The notes beneath the pieces are model-generated. The model was not told the origin of the DNA, did not search any database, and saw only the letters and a list, made by a program, of their open reading frames with translations. Source: a virus (Duplodnaviria > Caudoviricetes). Taken from it: a DNA stretch of 64,000 bases. Positions 38,529 through 48,316 of this stretch are shown here, one piece after another. The stretch lies in IMG/VR virus record IMGVR_UViG_3300020048_000002, one strand, 5' to 3'. Position numbers and translations under genes: made by a program. Positions within the stretch are counted from its first letter, which is position 1; every line of letters starts with the position of its first letter.

Positions 38529-39200
38529 TTACATCAACCCCGACTGCTGGCGGACGGCTTCGCCCCAAGGTGGGGGGGCGTGGGGCTCAAAGGTCGTGTC
38601 CGTGAGATCTGCGAAGTCCGGGTAGTCGCTGGTTCGAGTGACGAGAGCGACCTCGTAGAGCCATCGCCGGGTGCGGTTCATCATCCGATGACCCAAGTGC
38701 GAGACGATCCATCCGTACTCGAACCCAGGCTCAACCCCCGGATTCAACCGAACCCAAGTGCCCACGGGGAGCTGAGGCTTCTCTTGCTCGGCTGGCGGTA
38801 GCTCCTGCTCTACCCAAGTCGAGATGAGAGCGGGGACGTGCGTAAACCCGCGTTCCTTCGAGACGTTGATCCGATGGATCCCGTCCTCCACCTCTAGTCG
38901 GCCTCTGACTTTGGTTAGCCGAACAGGAGGGAGAGGGTGACCTTGGTCAAACGCCTCTTGGAGCTTGTCGGCTCGACCCGGATTCCAGACCGAGGGGATT
39001 TGAATCGCCCGCAAAGGGACCACCTCGAACGTCATGTCGTAGTAGCCGCCGTGGGCAGCCACAGACTCAGCACGGATGTCCGGATCGTTCGTGCGGGCTA
39101 GCTGCTTTCGGACAAAGCTCTGATCGACGGGGTAGTGATTCCGCGAAGCCACTCGGTTCGGCCTCACGGGCGTTCGCCGGTCGTAGCTGTAGCGATCCAT
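38529..39200 (-). CDS. ParB/Srx-like domain protein
   Basis: PLPPVRL..EVEDGIHRINVSKERGFTHVPA. Confidence 0.7.
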   Translation of the reverse strand: MDRYSYDRRTPVRPNRVASRNHYPVDQSFVRKQLARTNDPDIRAESVAAHGGYYDMTFEVVPLRAIQIPSVWNPGRADKLQEAFDQGHPLPPVRLTKVRGRLEVEDGIHRINVSKERGFTHVPALISTWVEQELPPAEQEKPQLPVGTWVRLNPGVEPGFEYGWIVSHLGHRMMNRTRRWLYEVALVTRTSDYPDFADLTDTTFEPHAPPPWGEAVRQQSGLM

Positions 39201-39267
39201 GCCTAGTGAACCCGAAAGGTAGATTTTTGTTGCCCCTTGGCTCACCGTTTTGTAGGGTCGGATCAAA

Positions 39268-39599
39268 CGGGACAAGCCCCGCCCGCAAGGTGGTAAGCGC
39301 CGGACCTCCTCGATGGAGGTTGTGCGGTAGAATGGTACACCCGCCGTCCCACCGTCAGGGGTGGGCGAGGCCGAGCCTGAACTCTTCGGCTAGTACCCTC
39401 TGGTTCCCTCGCCGGATTAGCGTGCCTAGACGCAGGCGAGGGGGCGACCCCATGAGGCCCTCGACATCGAGACGAGGGCCACTAAGCCGTCACCTTCGGT
39501 TCTCCCGGTCGGGCCGTAGGGACGTAATATCGAACCGGGTCCAGGCCCGACTCCCCCCTGCCTTCGTGCAGGACCAAGGAAGTCGGGCCGACGCTTTTT
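39268..39599 (+). ncRNA. Candidate multi-hairpin ncRNA (~330 nt); strand tentative
   Basis: At least five stems (ACCTCC/GGAGGT, CCCACC/GGTGGG, CCCTCGCC/GGCGAGGG, GGCCCTCG/CGAGGGCC, GGCCCGAC/GTCGGGCC) followed by TTTTT. Confidence 0.4.
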
Positions 39600-42102
39600 A
39601 AGCCTGATTTGAACCCATGCGCCCGTAGCTATAACGGACAGATTCCACGGGGCTTGGACGACGGATTTGGGAAGCAACTCGAACGTCACCCGGCATCATC
39701 GTGTCCAGCCACCAACGAACCCTCTCGTGAAGCGCCTTGGGTCCGTAGGCGACAAGCAACCCCAGAGCCTCACAGAAGGCTTCTTCGGAGTTCTTTGCGG
39801 CGTACCCCGTGATGGGCGTTTTGGGGACACGAATCGTCCGAACTCCCTTGTCGTAAAGGGCTTGGAAGTCCTCTTTCGTCTGCTTGTCCTTGTACTGGGA
39901 ATCCTGAGTCAGTGTCTCGACTTGGAGGCCCATGATGGGGTCGTCCATGTGCTTCGACATCTCGAACGCCCATTCATTTCCGGGCCACTTTGCAAGCAGC
40001 TCGGCTAAGTCGAGATCTCCGAAGTCCCCTCGGATCGTGTCTGACCAGAAGGACTGAGCTTCCCCACTTAGAGACGTCCGGTAGAGGTGGTGCCCCATCT
40101 CATGAGCAAGGACATGGGCAACCCACTTGAAACCCTTCCCCATTACAGAGGAAGCCCAGAACTTGACAAGGCCCTCAGCGTACTCGCCGCCCTTGTCTAG
40201 CGCCCCCTCAAAGTCCACGATGATCGGCACCTGCTTTTTCAGCAGGATGGGGGCAACCTGAGAGGCTCGTTGACGGTAGAGCTTGAGCCCCGCCTTCAGC
40301 ATCTCCAATGCTTCGGCGCTTTCGTACCCCGTGTCGTAGCCGAGCAAGATAACCTTGAAGCCCTCTAGCTCCGTCTGATACCGCTCAGGGACTCGCACCA
40401 AGGGACCCGGAGCGGACTCACTCTTGTACTTCTGGTACCATTCGATGACGTCCTTCATCGCTGTCCAGAAGTCACGCGCCTTTCGTTGGACCCGAGCCTT
40501 CCACTTGGGGGCTTCCTTTTGGTAGTCCTGTAGGATTCTGGCTTCCGAGCGGTACTCGTCAGGGTACCCTGCGGGCACACTCAACTCGATGTTGAAACTC
40601 CAAGCCGGGCTTCGGAGCTTACTGTTGATCCACTTCGCCGAGTCGGCGCTAAGATCCCGGTTGTTCTTCAGCTCCTTGTTCAGGAACCGGTCGAACATCA
40701 AGTAATCGAAGTTCTTTCGGTAGGTGGCGAACCCTCGCCGAAACTTGTCGAGATCGTCGTACGTGCGAACTCGGTCGACGTTCTTGAGGAGCGTCAGAAA
40801 GTCTTTCCGCAAGCCCTCGACCCAGTCTAGGTCCAGGACCTTCGTCTCCGCCGTCCGATCGGAAGCCGTCCGCACCCCGGGGAGCACCTTCTGGAACATG
40901 TACCGGACGACCTCGGGGGTACGTCCAGGGCCATCGACGACGTAGAACGAAAAGACCTCGGCAAACAACTCCTCAGCGTTCTTCGTGCTGTAGGCGCTTA
41001 CCGGGTGCAGGAACACCTTGAGCGAAGCCCTGTTCTCGATCAACGTGTCCAAGCCGGGCTTCGAGCCCTTCTTTGGTGCCCCTGTTATCTTGTCGAAGTT
41101 CTCTAAGTCGGGGAGCTTGGAGGCGATGATCTCCAGCCACATGAGCTTGTCCGGATCGGACTTCTTCAGCTCTTGGGCAAAGTACGGGGTGTGCCGTCCG
41201 TACTTGCTGGCCCAATGGTCGTCCTTTCGACCCGCAAACTCCTCCCACATAGAGATGAGCAGGTCGACGTCCGGAGGACCGCTCTCGTTCTCGAAGAACT
41301 CGACCCACGTCGAGCGAGCATTGCCGCCGAGCCCCTTGAAGTAGACACGGTGCCCCGTCTCATGGACAAGGTGCCGGGTGATCTCGCTCGGGTCCCCTCC
41401 CATCGAGAGCTTCATGACGTCGCTTGAGATGTTGTACGAGGCAAGCGCCCCGCTCGATCCCGTAGCCCCCGTCAGCTTGCCCGTGGGGACCGCAAAGACC
41501 TGACCCCCAGCAAACTTCCCCATCCCACTACGAGACAAAAGACCCGTAGTCCTTTCGAGGACCGTCTGAAGCTGCTGTACCTTGTCTCGGTCCCAATCCG
41601 CTCGGGCCGAAGTGAGAAGAGCTACTGTCCACGGACCCGATTGAATCGTGGTTTCGTGCTCGAAATCGAAGTGGTTGATGAGCCCCATCAGCTCAGAAGC
41701 GTACTCCTGAAACTTCTGACTCACCGTGAGAGACTTCGTTTGCTGCTTCTTGAGAAGAGGCTCCAAGTCGGCCCAAGAGGACACCTTCGCCCACTCGGCC
41801 ACCATCTTCTTCAGGTTCTTTAGCCGAGCGAGGTAGTGCTTCGCAGCCTCCTCCAACCCCGGCCTCTCAAAAGTCACCGTCAGCTCCCGCAAAAGCTGCT
41901 GCGAAGCCTTGGCTAGGTTGTCCGTGCTCGCTTCGAGCTTGTCCGGATCTACCTGACGTTGAAAATACCCGTAGGCAACGTGGCTGGCTAGGGGACGCAG
42001 AGCCTTTGCAACGTCCTCGATGAGCCCAGCGATACGCTTGGCCTGTTCCGTTTGACGAGCTAGGAACCGTCGTGCGACTTGATCGGGGAGCACCACGGTC
42101 AC
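39598..42102 (-). CDS. Tandem two-domain zincin (HExxH) metallopeptidase, lethal-factor/MPTase-like
   Basis: HETGH..SAYSTKNAEELFAEVF and HEMGH..TGYAAKNSEEAFCEAL. Confidence 0.75.
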   Translation of the reverse strand: MTVVLPDQVARRFLARQTEQAKRIAGLIEDVAKALRPLASHVAYGYFQRQVDPDKLEASTDNLAKASQQLLRELTVTFERPGLEEAAKHYLARLKNLKKMVAEWAKVSSWADLEPLLKKQQTKSLTVSQKFQEYASELMGLINHFDFEHETTIQSGPWTVALLTSARADWDRDKVQQLQTVLERTTGLLSRSGMGKFAGGQVFAVPTGKLTGATGSSGALASYNISSDVMKLSMGGDPSEITRHLVHETGHRVYFKGLGGNARSTWVEFFENESGPPDVDLLISMWEEFAGRKDDHWASKYGRHTPYFAQELKKSDPDKLMWLEIIASKLPDLENFDKITGAPKKGSKPGLDTLIENRASLKVFLHPVSAYSTKNAEELFAEVFSFYVVDGPGRTPEVVRYMFQKVLPGVRTASDRTAETKVLDLDWVEGLRKDFLTLLKNVDRVRTYDDLDKFRRGFATYRKNFDYLMFDRFLNKELKNNRDLSADSAKWINSKLRSPAWSFNIELSVPAGYPDEYRSEARILQDYQKEAPKWKARVQRKARDFWTAMKDVIEWYQKYKSESAPGPLVRVPERYQTELEGFKVILLGYDTGYESAEALEMLKAGLKLYRQRASQVAPILLKKQVPIIVDFEGALDKGGEYAEGLVKFWASSVMGKGFKWVAHVLAHEMGHHLYRTSLSGEAQSFWSDTIRGDFGDLDLAELLAKWPGNEWAFEMSKHMDDPIMGLQVETLTQDSQYKDKQTKEDFQALYDKGVRTIRVPKTPITGYAAKNSEEAFCEALGLLVAYGPKALHERVRWWLDTMMPGDVRVASQIRRPSPVESVRYSYGRMGSNQA

Positions 42103-42848
42103 ACCTCAGCGTAAACGATACAGTCCTGGTTCCAGACAAGTCCTTCGCAATGGACCTTGAACGGCTTGGCCGTGATCGCACACACGCCGCCCTCACCGAA
42201 ATCGTTGGGGATTTCCTTCCCCCAGCGGTTCGAGACAAGCAGGGTCGTCTTGTTGTCCTTCACGAAGTCCACCCAGGCGATGGCCGGAAAGCCACCGTCG
42301 CCCCAGTTCGACGAGAACGCCACAAGATCGGCGTCTCCCGACTCGTAGAAGTCGCTCCACTTGGAGTCCTTCTTGTCTCGCACATCGCGGCAAATCAGGA
42401 GTCCGACCTTCCGGTGACCGTCCTCTCCAAAGTCACAGTCGAGGATCGGAGGATTGGCTCGACCTTCCGCACACCAAATCCAGTCGTTCCCCCACAAGTT
42501 GACCTTGGCGTACTTGACCCACTTGCCCGTGGGGGTCACGAGCACCTGCGAGTTGTAGAGCTTCTCCGTCTGAAGATCGTGCTCGGCCATCCCCCAAACA
42601 ATGTGGACGCCGAGAAGCTGGGCAGCCTTCTGCATGACCCCGAACGTGTACCCGTCCGGGCCAATAGGCTCAGCCACTTGGGCAGCCTCAGCCTCCGACA
42701 TGAACGAGTAGCCCGTCGTAGCAAGCTCCGGAAGAACCACGAGCTTTGCACCAGCCTTGGCTGCCTGGCCCACAAAGCCCACAAGGCGACGGAGATTCTG
42801 CTCCTTCGCCTTGAACTCAGGCCGAAACTGAACGAGCGCAACCCTCAT
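42099..42848 (-). CDS. Carbon-nitrogen hydrolase (nitrilase/amidase family)
   Basis: E-K-C triad: VLPELATTGY, YAKVNL, GLLICRD. Confidence 0.9.
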   Translation of the reverse strand: MRVALVQFRPEFKAKEQNLRRLVGFVGQAAKAGAKLVVLPELATTGYSFMSEAEAAQVAEPIGPDGYTFGVMQKAAQLLGVHIVWGMAEHDLQTEKLYNSQVLVTPTGKWVKYAKVNLWGNDWIWCAEGRANPPILDCDFGEDGHRKVGLLICRDVRDKKDSKWSDFYESGDADLVAFSSNWGDGGFPAIAWVDFVKDNKTTLLVSNRWGKEIPNDFGEGGVCAITAKPFKVHCEGLVWNQDCIVYAEV

Positions 42849-42895
42849 GCAAATGCTCCCCGGATAAGAAGATCGGGGTACGCTCGCCAGACGCT

Positions 42896-43372
42896 CTAGC
42901 CAACCTTCTTGATGAAGGGCTCTTCCCAACCCTTGATCTTCGGCCCCTTGTAGACCTTCACGTTCGACGCCTCCGAGCCCACCATCGCGAGGCTGGAGAT
43001 GCGCCCACGGCGGACCGGGAACTCTACCTGGAACCCATCTTCCGTGGCGTAGACGACCGCGTGACCCTTGTCCAACATGTGCTGAAGCAAAGGTCGGGTG
43101 TTCTCCAAGTCCGTCCGAACCCGAACGAACTTCCGACCACCGAGGTCGAACGTCCCGAGCACCTCAAGCCTTCGATACCACGTATTGACGGCTTTCCCAC
43201 CACGGATGAGCGCCTCCGCTACCTGCTCCGGGTATTGCCTCTGCAAAAGCTCGAACGCTAAGTAGGTCTTCGCAATCACCTCTGCGGGAGGCTTCACATC
43301 TGCGGAAGGCTTGACCTCAATCGAAGGCTGGGCTTCTGCGGATTCGACGATTTCTCTTGTTGTATCGGACAT
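42896..43372 (-). CDS. Hypothetical protein
   Basis: Collinear ORF. Confidence 0.6.
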   Translation of the reverse strand: MSDTTREIVESAEAQPSIEVKPSADVKPPAEVIAKTYLAFELLQRQYPEQVAEALIRGGKAVNTWYRRLEVLGTFDLGGRKFVRVRTDLENTRPLLQHMLDKGHAVVYATEDGFQVEFPVRRGRISSLAMVGSEASNVKVYKGPKIKGWEEPFIKKVG

Positions 43373-43408
43373 TTGGCTTTCATCTCGGGCGAAGGTAAAA
43401 AGTTTTAC

Positions 43409-43657
43409 CTAGCGTTCCATAAGCTCTCGTTTGACCTTGGCGATATTCAACCCGTCAAAGTCTCGGCGATCGACCTTGTACCATTCGGAGAGCGCCCCCA
43501 CAACCGCTTGGAAGACTTCGCTCGGAATGCCCTCGGAGCTGATCGCACGATGGGTGTACCCCGTATCAGCGTCAATCGTCGCCACCTCGTCCGTAGAACG
43601 AACATGCCAACGGAGATTGCCGTCCGGACCCATGGAAGCAGAGAGAAGAACGTTCAT
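43409..43657 (-). CDS. Hypothetical protein
   Basis: ATGA-coupled to thyX. Confidence 0.55.
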   Translation of the reverse strand: MNVLLSASMGPDGNLRWHVRSTDEVATIDADTGYTHRAISSEGIPSEVFQAVVGALSEWYKVDRRDFDGLNIAKVKRELMER

Positions 43658-44484
43658 AGCACGCCTTGCTGATAGATAGCTTCACCGGTCAGCATCTTTC
43701 GGTATTGATCCCAACCGACGAAGTTGCCGCTCTCGTCCGGGTCCGTGAGCGCCTGGGCAACGTGCTCGAACGGGCTCATGTGACCCGATGTGCGTAGCCT
43801 TTCACAAAGTTCAAGGTCCGCTTTAGGATCGCGCTTCCCGTCGTGGGTGAGGTAGCTGACACGAGCACAGCGGCCAACGCTGATTCGCCGGATGTCCTCG
43901 GGAGTGTAACCCGCTGCCTCTAGCTCGGCACGGTCCTCGACGAGAGGGAGGTGCCAGAAGCCTTCCTCGACTTCAACCGGCTCATGCTCGTCATAGAGCC
44001 TCTCCATCATCATGGCAACCTCACGAATCTCCGGTTGAGCGTCCTTGTGGCAACGGAGGGCGAAGAAGTTGTCGAACTCCGTCGCCGTCACAAGGCACGT
44101 TTGCCAAAGAAACGGCTCCAAGAGGCGGTTCGTGATCTGCTTGTGAACACCCAGACGGAGTAGATCCTTGACCGAACGAACGGCCGCGTCACGCGCCGAC
44201 AGCCAAACGTATCGAGCGTTGTGCTGTTCCTCGGACGATAGCTCTACCTCCGCCTGCATCCCCTTCTGGTTCTTGCCCCAATAGGTCGGGACGAAAGGGT
44301 CCTCCTCGACACGCTTCAGCATCTTCTCGACCGGGATGGCTCGGGAAGATGCTGAGTTTCTACTGAACATTCGATGTGTGTTGAACTCCGCTAGGACAAT
44401 GCGGGGGAACGTGACCTCGTAGGTCACGAGACGCTTTCCCGAGGGGGCAAGATGATCAGCAAGAATCTTGGCGGAGTAGGCCAT
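43654..44484 (-). CDS. thyX: Flavin-dependent thymidylate synthase (phage type)
   Basis: EFNTHRMFSRNSASSRAIP, HKQITNRLLEP, AQPEI, CARVSY, HMSPFEH. Confidence 0.9.
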   Translation of the reverse strand: MAYSAKILADHLAPSGKRLVTYEVTFPRIVLAEFNTHRMFSRNSASSRAIPVEKMLKRVEEDPFVPTYWGKNQKGMQAEVELSSEEQHNARYVWLSARDAAVRSVKDLLRLGVHKQITNRLLEPFLWQTCLVTATEFDNFFALRCHKDAQPEIREVAMMMERLYDEHEPVEVEEGFWHLPLVEDRAELEAAGYTPEDIRRISVGRCARVSYLTHDGKRDPKADLELCERLRTSGHMSPFEHVAQALTDPDESGNFVGWDQYRKMLTGEAIYQQGVL

Positions 44485-44487
44485 GAG

Positions 44488-45051
44488 TCACTTTCCTTGG
44501 TAACGAACAGCAAGGGTTTCTAAGAGAGAGTCCCAACCAAAGACCCTCTCAGGTACAACGTCGAGCCGATTCCAAGGGGCATCCCAAAGAAGACCAATGC
44601 CTTTCGGGTGCGCCTTGGACCAACGAAGAACGTTCTCGGGTCGGTCATCGACGAAAACTTCCCCGGTGCAAAGGTGCTTCGCAGACGTGTGAACGACACG
44701 ATGCGAAGGAATGGAGAAATGCGTTTGGAGCCAAACTTCTCGATCGTGCGTCCACGTAGGGCTCCCACGGAGCTGCGTCGTGACGATGTAGACATCGACC
44801 ATTTCGTGGAGCCGAGCTACACCCTGTTGAGCACCGGGGTAGACCTCTAAAGAACGTGCAACCCCAGGCTGGCCCAACGCACGGAAAAACGGAGCTTCCC
44901 ACTTGGGGTCGACGACTCGAAAGAGATCCCAATAGGGGAAATCCTCGGTACGAAACGATTTGCCCGTCAACGTGCGAAGGACCTCTAGAGACGGCGTGAG
45001 AAAATCCGCCAAGACACCATCGACATCGAGCAAAAGGCGAGGCTTGGACAT
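44488..45051 (-). CDS. 5'(3')-deoxyribonucleotidase (HAD, NT5C-like)
   Basis: LLDVDGVLADF, WLQTHF, FVDDRPEN, PWN. Confidence 0.85.
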   Translation of the reverse strand: MSKPRLLLDVDGVLADFLTPSLEVLRTLTGKSFRTEDFPYWDLFRVVDPKWEAPFFRALGQPGVARSLEVYPGAQQGVARLHEMVDVYIVTTQLRGSPTWTHDREVWLQTHFSIPSHRVVHTSAKHLCTGEVFVDDRPENVLRWSKAHPKGIGLLWDAPWNRLDVVPERVFGWDSLLETLAVRYQGK

Positions 45052-45078
45052 AAAGTTCTTCTAGAAAAGGCTAGAGCC

Positions 45079-45816
45079 ATGAGAGAGCGCATCGTCTCAC
45101 GTTACATCGAAGCGACAGGGGTGACAGAGGACTTGCTTCGAGCCATTCTCGAAAAGCCTCAACCGAGCGTCATCGAACGCCGAATCAAGAGCCTCCTCAA
45201 TGCCTTCGAGTGGCAAGGGATGCAACCCTTTCCACTGAGCGAGCTTCGTAGCGATCTCATCGAACGCGGAGCCGAAGAAGAAGATGTCGATAAGGCCCTG
45301 AAGCAAAAGCCGAAACGGAAAAAGACGCTCTCCTTCTACGACGCCTACACCGAGCTTGGCAAGGTTACAGGCAAGAGCATCGTGTTCGATGGAGCCATCG
45401 AACACGAGGAGAGTACACCTGAGATCATCCAAGCCTGGTGCAAAGCCTTCAAGGCCCTGAAGCCGAAAGCCAAGGCCATCTTCCAAACGACCATCAAGAA
45501 GGTCCGCCTTCAGCGGCCACGGGGAAGCGAAGATGCCTCCTACGAACACGGGGGCGTCCTCTCGCTCGCCATGCGCCCAGGGACGAAAGACCCGGAGTTC
45601 ATCGTTCACGAGGTCGGCCATGGAGTCGAAGAACGCCTGAACGTGAAGACTCACGAACCCCCGTGGGGCCTACCACCGTTCGTCTCGGACTACGCCGAGT
45701 CCAAACCTAGCATCGAGGACTTCGCTGAGTCCTTCCGGGTCTACATTCTTCACCCGAACGAACTCCGACGCACCAACCTAGACAAGTTCCAAGCCCTTCA
45801 AGACCTCATCCACTGA
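45079..45816 (+). CDS. Zincin (HExxH) metallopeptidase with RIVSRYI leader
   Basis: IVHEVGHG..VSDYA..EDFAESF. Confidence 0.7.
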   Translation: MRERIVSRYIEATGVTEDLLRAILEKPQPSVIERRIKSLLNAFEWQGMQPFPLSELRSDLIERGAEEEDVDKALKQKPKRKKTLSFYDAYTELGKVTGKSIVFDGAIEHEESTPEIIQAWCKAFKALKPKAKAIFQTTIKKVRLQRPRGSEDASYEHGGVLSLAMRPGTKDPEFIVHEVGHGVEERLNVKTHEPPWGLPPFVSDYAESKPSIEDFAESFRVYILHPNELRRTNLDKFQALQDLIH

Positions 45817-45818
45817 AG

Positions 45819-46703
45819 CTACGAAACCTTCGAAGACGTGTGATCATGATCCCCCTCGCCCAAAAGCCGAGCCCAATCCGTCGGCCGGACTTTCCTCGCC
45901 GTCCCACGGATGGCCTCAACCTCCGTCACCCAACCACCTACGTAGAGAAGGTCCGTTCGACCCGAGGCCCCTACCTCCCCGTCCCCGACCTCGACTCGAA
46001 ACCCACAGTTGGAACAACGAAGCAACGTCACGAACTCACCCGATTCCCGTCGCCTTGCGTTCATCTCGACGTCCCACCCGAGATGCCCCGTGTACGCAAC
46101 GTGATCCCTCGCTAGAGCTAGCTTCTCCTCTAGCGCCTCCGGGCCGTACCCACGGACTAGCTCCACAACGTCGAGCCTCGACCCCACCCAGTCGAGGATG
46201 ACGAGAACGTCCCCCTCCCCGCGAACATGGACGACCCCGTGCCGCAAGTCCACACCACGGAAGACCTCGACCTCCCCCACAGAACCCAGGTAGCCGTCCT
46301 CACGAACACGGCCAGAGCCGAAAAGCCCCGATACCGACCCCGCTAAGTGCGGCTCCAAGAGGACCGACTTCACACGGATGCCGAGCCCCCCAACACGAGA
46401 CACGATCCCCTCCAGCGTCTCTAGCGATACAACCCACAAGAGCCGCCCCTCCCGAAACTCGAAGAAGCCCGACTCCTCACGCCCCCCACGCCAGTAGTAG
46501 ACCGCCCCGACACCCTCACGGAACTGGACGACTTCCCGAATGAGGATCCCCTTTACACGGAAATCCCCATCCACCGTCGCCTCCATCGCCGATAGCTCCT
46601 GGAGCAACTCCAGTACGTCCATGGGGGAGAGCCAAAGCGACTCGACAATCGCTCCACCGAGGGTCAACTCACCCAAGAGGGATTCAAACTCCGTAGGCGT
46701 CAT
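45819..46703 (-). CDS. Hypothetical G/V/E-rich protein with C-terminal Zn-binding module
   Basis: ARDHV..TGH..CSNCGF shared with 46848-47150. Confidence 0.55.
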   Translation of the reverse strand: MTPTEFESLLGELTLGGAIVESLWLSPMDVLELLQELSAMEATVDGDFRVKGILIREVVQFREGVGAVYYWRGGREESGFFEFREGRLLWVVSLETLEGIVSRVGGLGIRVKSVLLEPHLAGSVSGLFGSGRVREDGYLGSVGEVEVFRGVDLRHGVVHVRGEGDVLVILDWVGSRLDVVELVRGYGPEALEEKLALARDHVAYTGHLGWDVEMNARRRESGEFVTLLRCSNCGFRVEVGDGEVGASGRTDLLYVGGWVTEVEAIRGTARKVRPTDWARLLGEGDHDHTSSKVS

Positions 46704-46806
46704 CCCAACCCGCCTAACCGACTAGGTTCCCACCAACACGTCATGCCTCTAGGCATTTACCCCGTTTCCACGGAAAATGCCGCACCCAAAAAAATTCGAC
46801 ACATCA

Positions 46807-46831
46807 CCCCCGCGAGGGGGTTTTTCGTTTT
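46807..46831 (+). terminator. Rho-independent terminator-like hairpin
   Basis: CCCCC-GCGA-GGGGG followed by TTTTTCGTTTT. Confidence 0.55.
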
Positions 46832-46847
46832 GAGGCGGTTCTAAGGG

Positions 46848-47150
46848 TCAATCAGACAAGATCCGGTCCCAATCGGCTACACGATCGACAGGACGGGTCC
46901 GCTTGATGGACTCCAGCTCAGCACCCAGCCCATGCCGGTCCAAGAGGTCGAGACGACCCGACTCCGCAATGTCCTCCATGGAGACCCAGATCTCGAACCC
47001 GCAGTCCAAGCAACCTACCCGGTGCTCCCAGTTAGCGGTCCCCTCAGCAAGCCGAGCGTACTGGTCCAAAACCCACTCCCGGTGACCCGTCCCACCTACG
47101 TGATCACGCGCACCTTCGAGCTTTCGTCCCAACCTGCTGTCTTCCGACAT
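46848..47150 (-). CDS. Small Zn-binding protein, paralog of the C-terminus of 45819-46703
   Basis: ARDHVGGTGH..CLDCGF..SGRLDLL..DWDRIL. Confidence 0.6.
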   Translation of the reverse strand: MSEDSRLGRKLEGARDHVGGTGHREWVLDQYARLAEGTANWEHRVGCLDCGFEIWVSMEDIAESGRLDLLDRHGLGAELESIKRTRPVDRVADWDRILSD

Positions 47151-47342
47151 ACCCGACTCCCATCGTCCCGGATTACGGCTGACCAGGCATTTACACCTTT
47201 CTGGCCAAAAAATCCGCCCCGTAGAAAATTTCGACCCCCACCCCTCTCAGTCAGAAACGAACAAGGGGGTGGGGGGTGCGGTTCTAGAGAAGAACCAGAA
47301 GGGATAGGGGGAGGGAACAGGAAGGGGGGCAGAAGGCAGCCA

Positions 47343-47410
47343 CTCAAAGGCTACAGCTCAAAGGCTACAGCTCAAAGGCTACAGCTCAAAGGCTACAGCT
47401 CAAAGGCTAC
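47343..47410. repeat. 14-bp tandem repeat CTCAAAGGCTACAG x ~4.9
   Basis: Read directly. Confidence 0.95.
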
Positions 47411-47449
47411 CCAAGGCCCCACGGCCCCGAAGGGGCCACGGGCATAGGG

Positions 47450-47483
47450 CTGGGTCTCGCCCTGGGTCTCGCCCTGGGTCTCG
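47450..47483. repeat. 12-bp tandem repeat CTGGGTCTCGCC x ~2.8
   Basis: Read directly. Confidence 0.9.
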
Positions 47484-48316
47484 GTGGCTCTTCACCCTGT
47501 TTCGGCAGATCACCGTGCCATTTCCATACGTTAACTGGATACGCACCTTCACCCGATCTGGCGTCAACCGAAATCATAATCGAGCGGTTTTTGCGCGACT
47601 ATTTTGACGCGGTGCTTCAAGACCCCCACCCCCCTCCCCCCAGAGGAGGTCGTCCCCTGACACCGTGCGTCAGACACCACCTACCTCCCTTGTCGTACAT
47701 CGTCGGCTCTTGTGTCCGTGGACTCAGCGACGACTTGCCATCGAGGTCGACCTCACCTCGATGCGACGAGGAGGAGACATCGACTCGATCGATCGAACAA
47801 GGCTTGGTCATGGTGTGAGCCCCCACCCCCACCTTGTTCGGCAAGCACGAGGTCGATCCCTTCATGGTAGTACGGTGGACAAGAGGAAGGCAAGGGTGGG
47901 AAGTAGGACAAGCATCTCGGGTGAGAGACCCCTCCCCTGGATAGGGGGGCGTAGGGTTCTGACCGGTAGGGGGTGGGGAGGGGGTGGTAGGAGTCTGGGG
48001 GCTCCCCTCTCCTCGTAGGAGGTTCAGGGGGTAACACCCCTACTACTCCCTTGTTCGTTGTGTGTGTTCGAGGTTCGGTAGAGGTAGGGGTGGGATCATC
48101 AAGAGGGAGGACCCCCTCCCCCCTGGTAGGTAGCCTCCCTCTTGACCTAGCTCCCTCCCCCATGGGGGAGGGAGCTAGGTGTTCGGTGTGGTAGACCCCC
48201 TCCCCCCTGGGGGGTAGGTAGGGGGAGGGGAGGTCTAGGGGGTACCCCATGGGAGGCCCCCCGGGGGGTGGGGGTACCTATCCCCTTAAGGGTTCCAGGG
48301 GATACCCTAGAGGGGT

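Noticed and set aside
39268-39599. tmRNA or RNase P RNA
   Set aside because: No tRNA-Ala-like ends and no GAGGAAAGUCC-type signature recognised
47343-47483. CRISPR array
   Set aside because: Repeats are contiguous 14- and 12-mers with no unique spacers; no cas genes seen
47617-48250. Pro/Gly-rich ORFs in the G-tract region
   Set aside because: Low-complexity products explained by the skewed DNA; no support for coding
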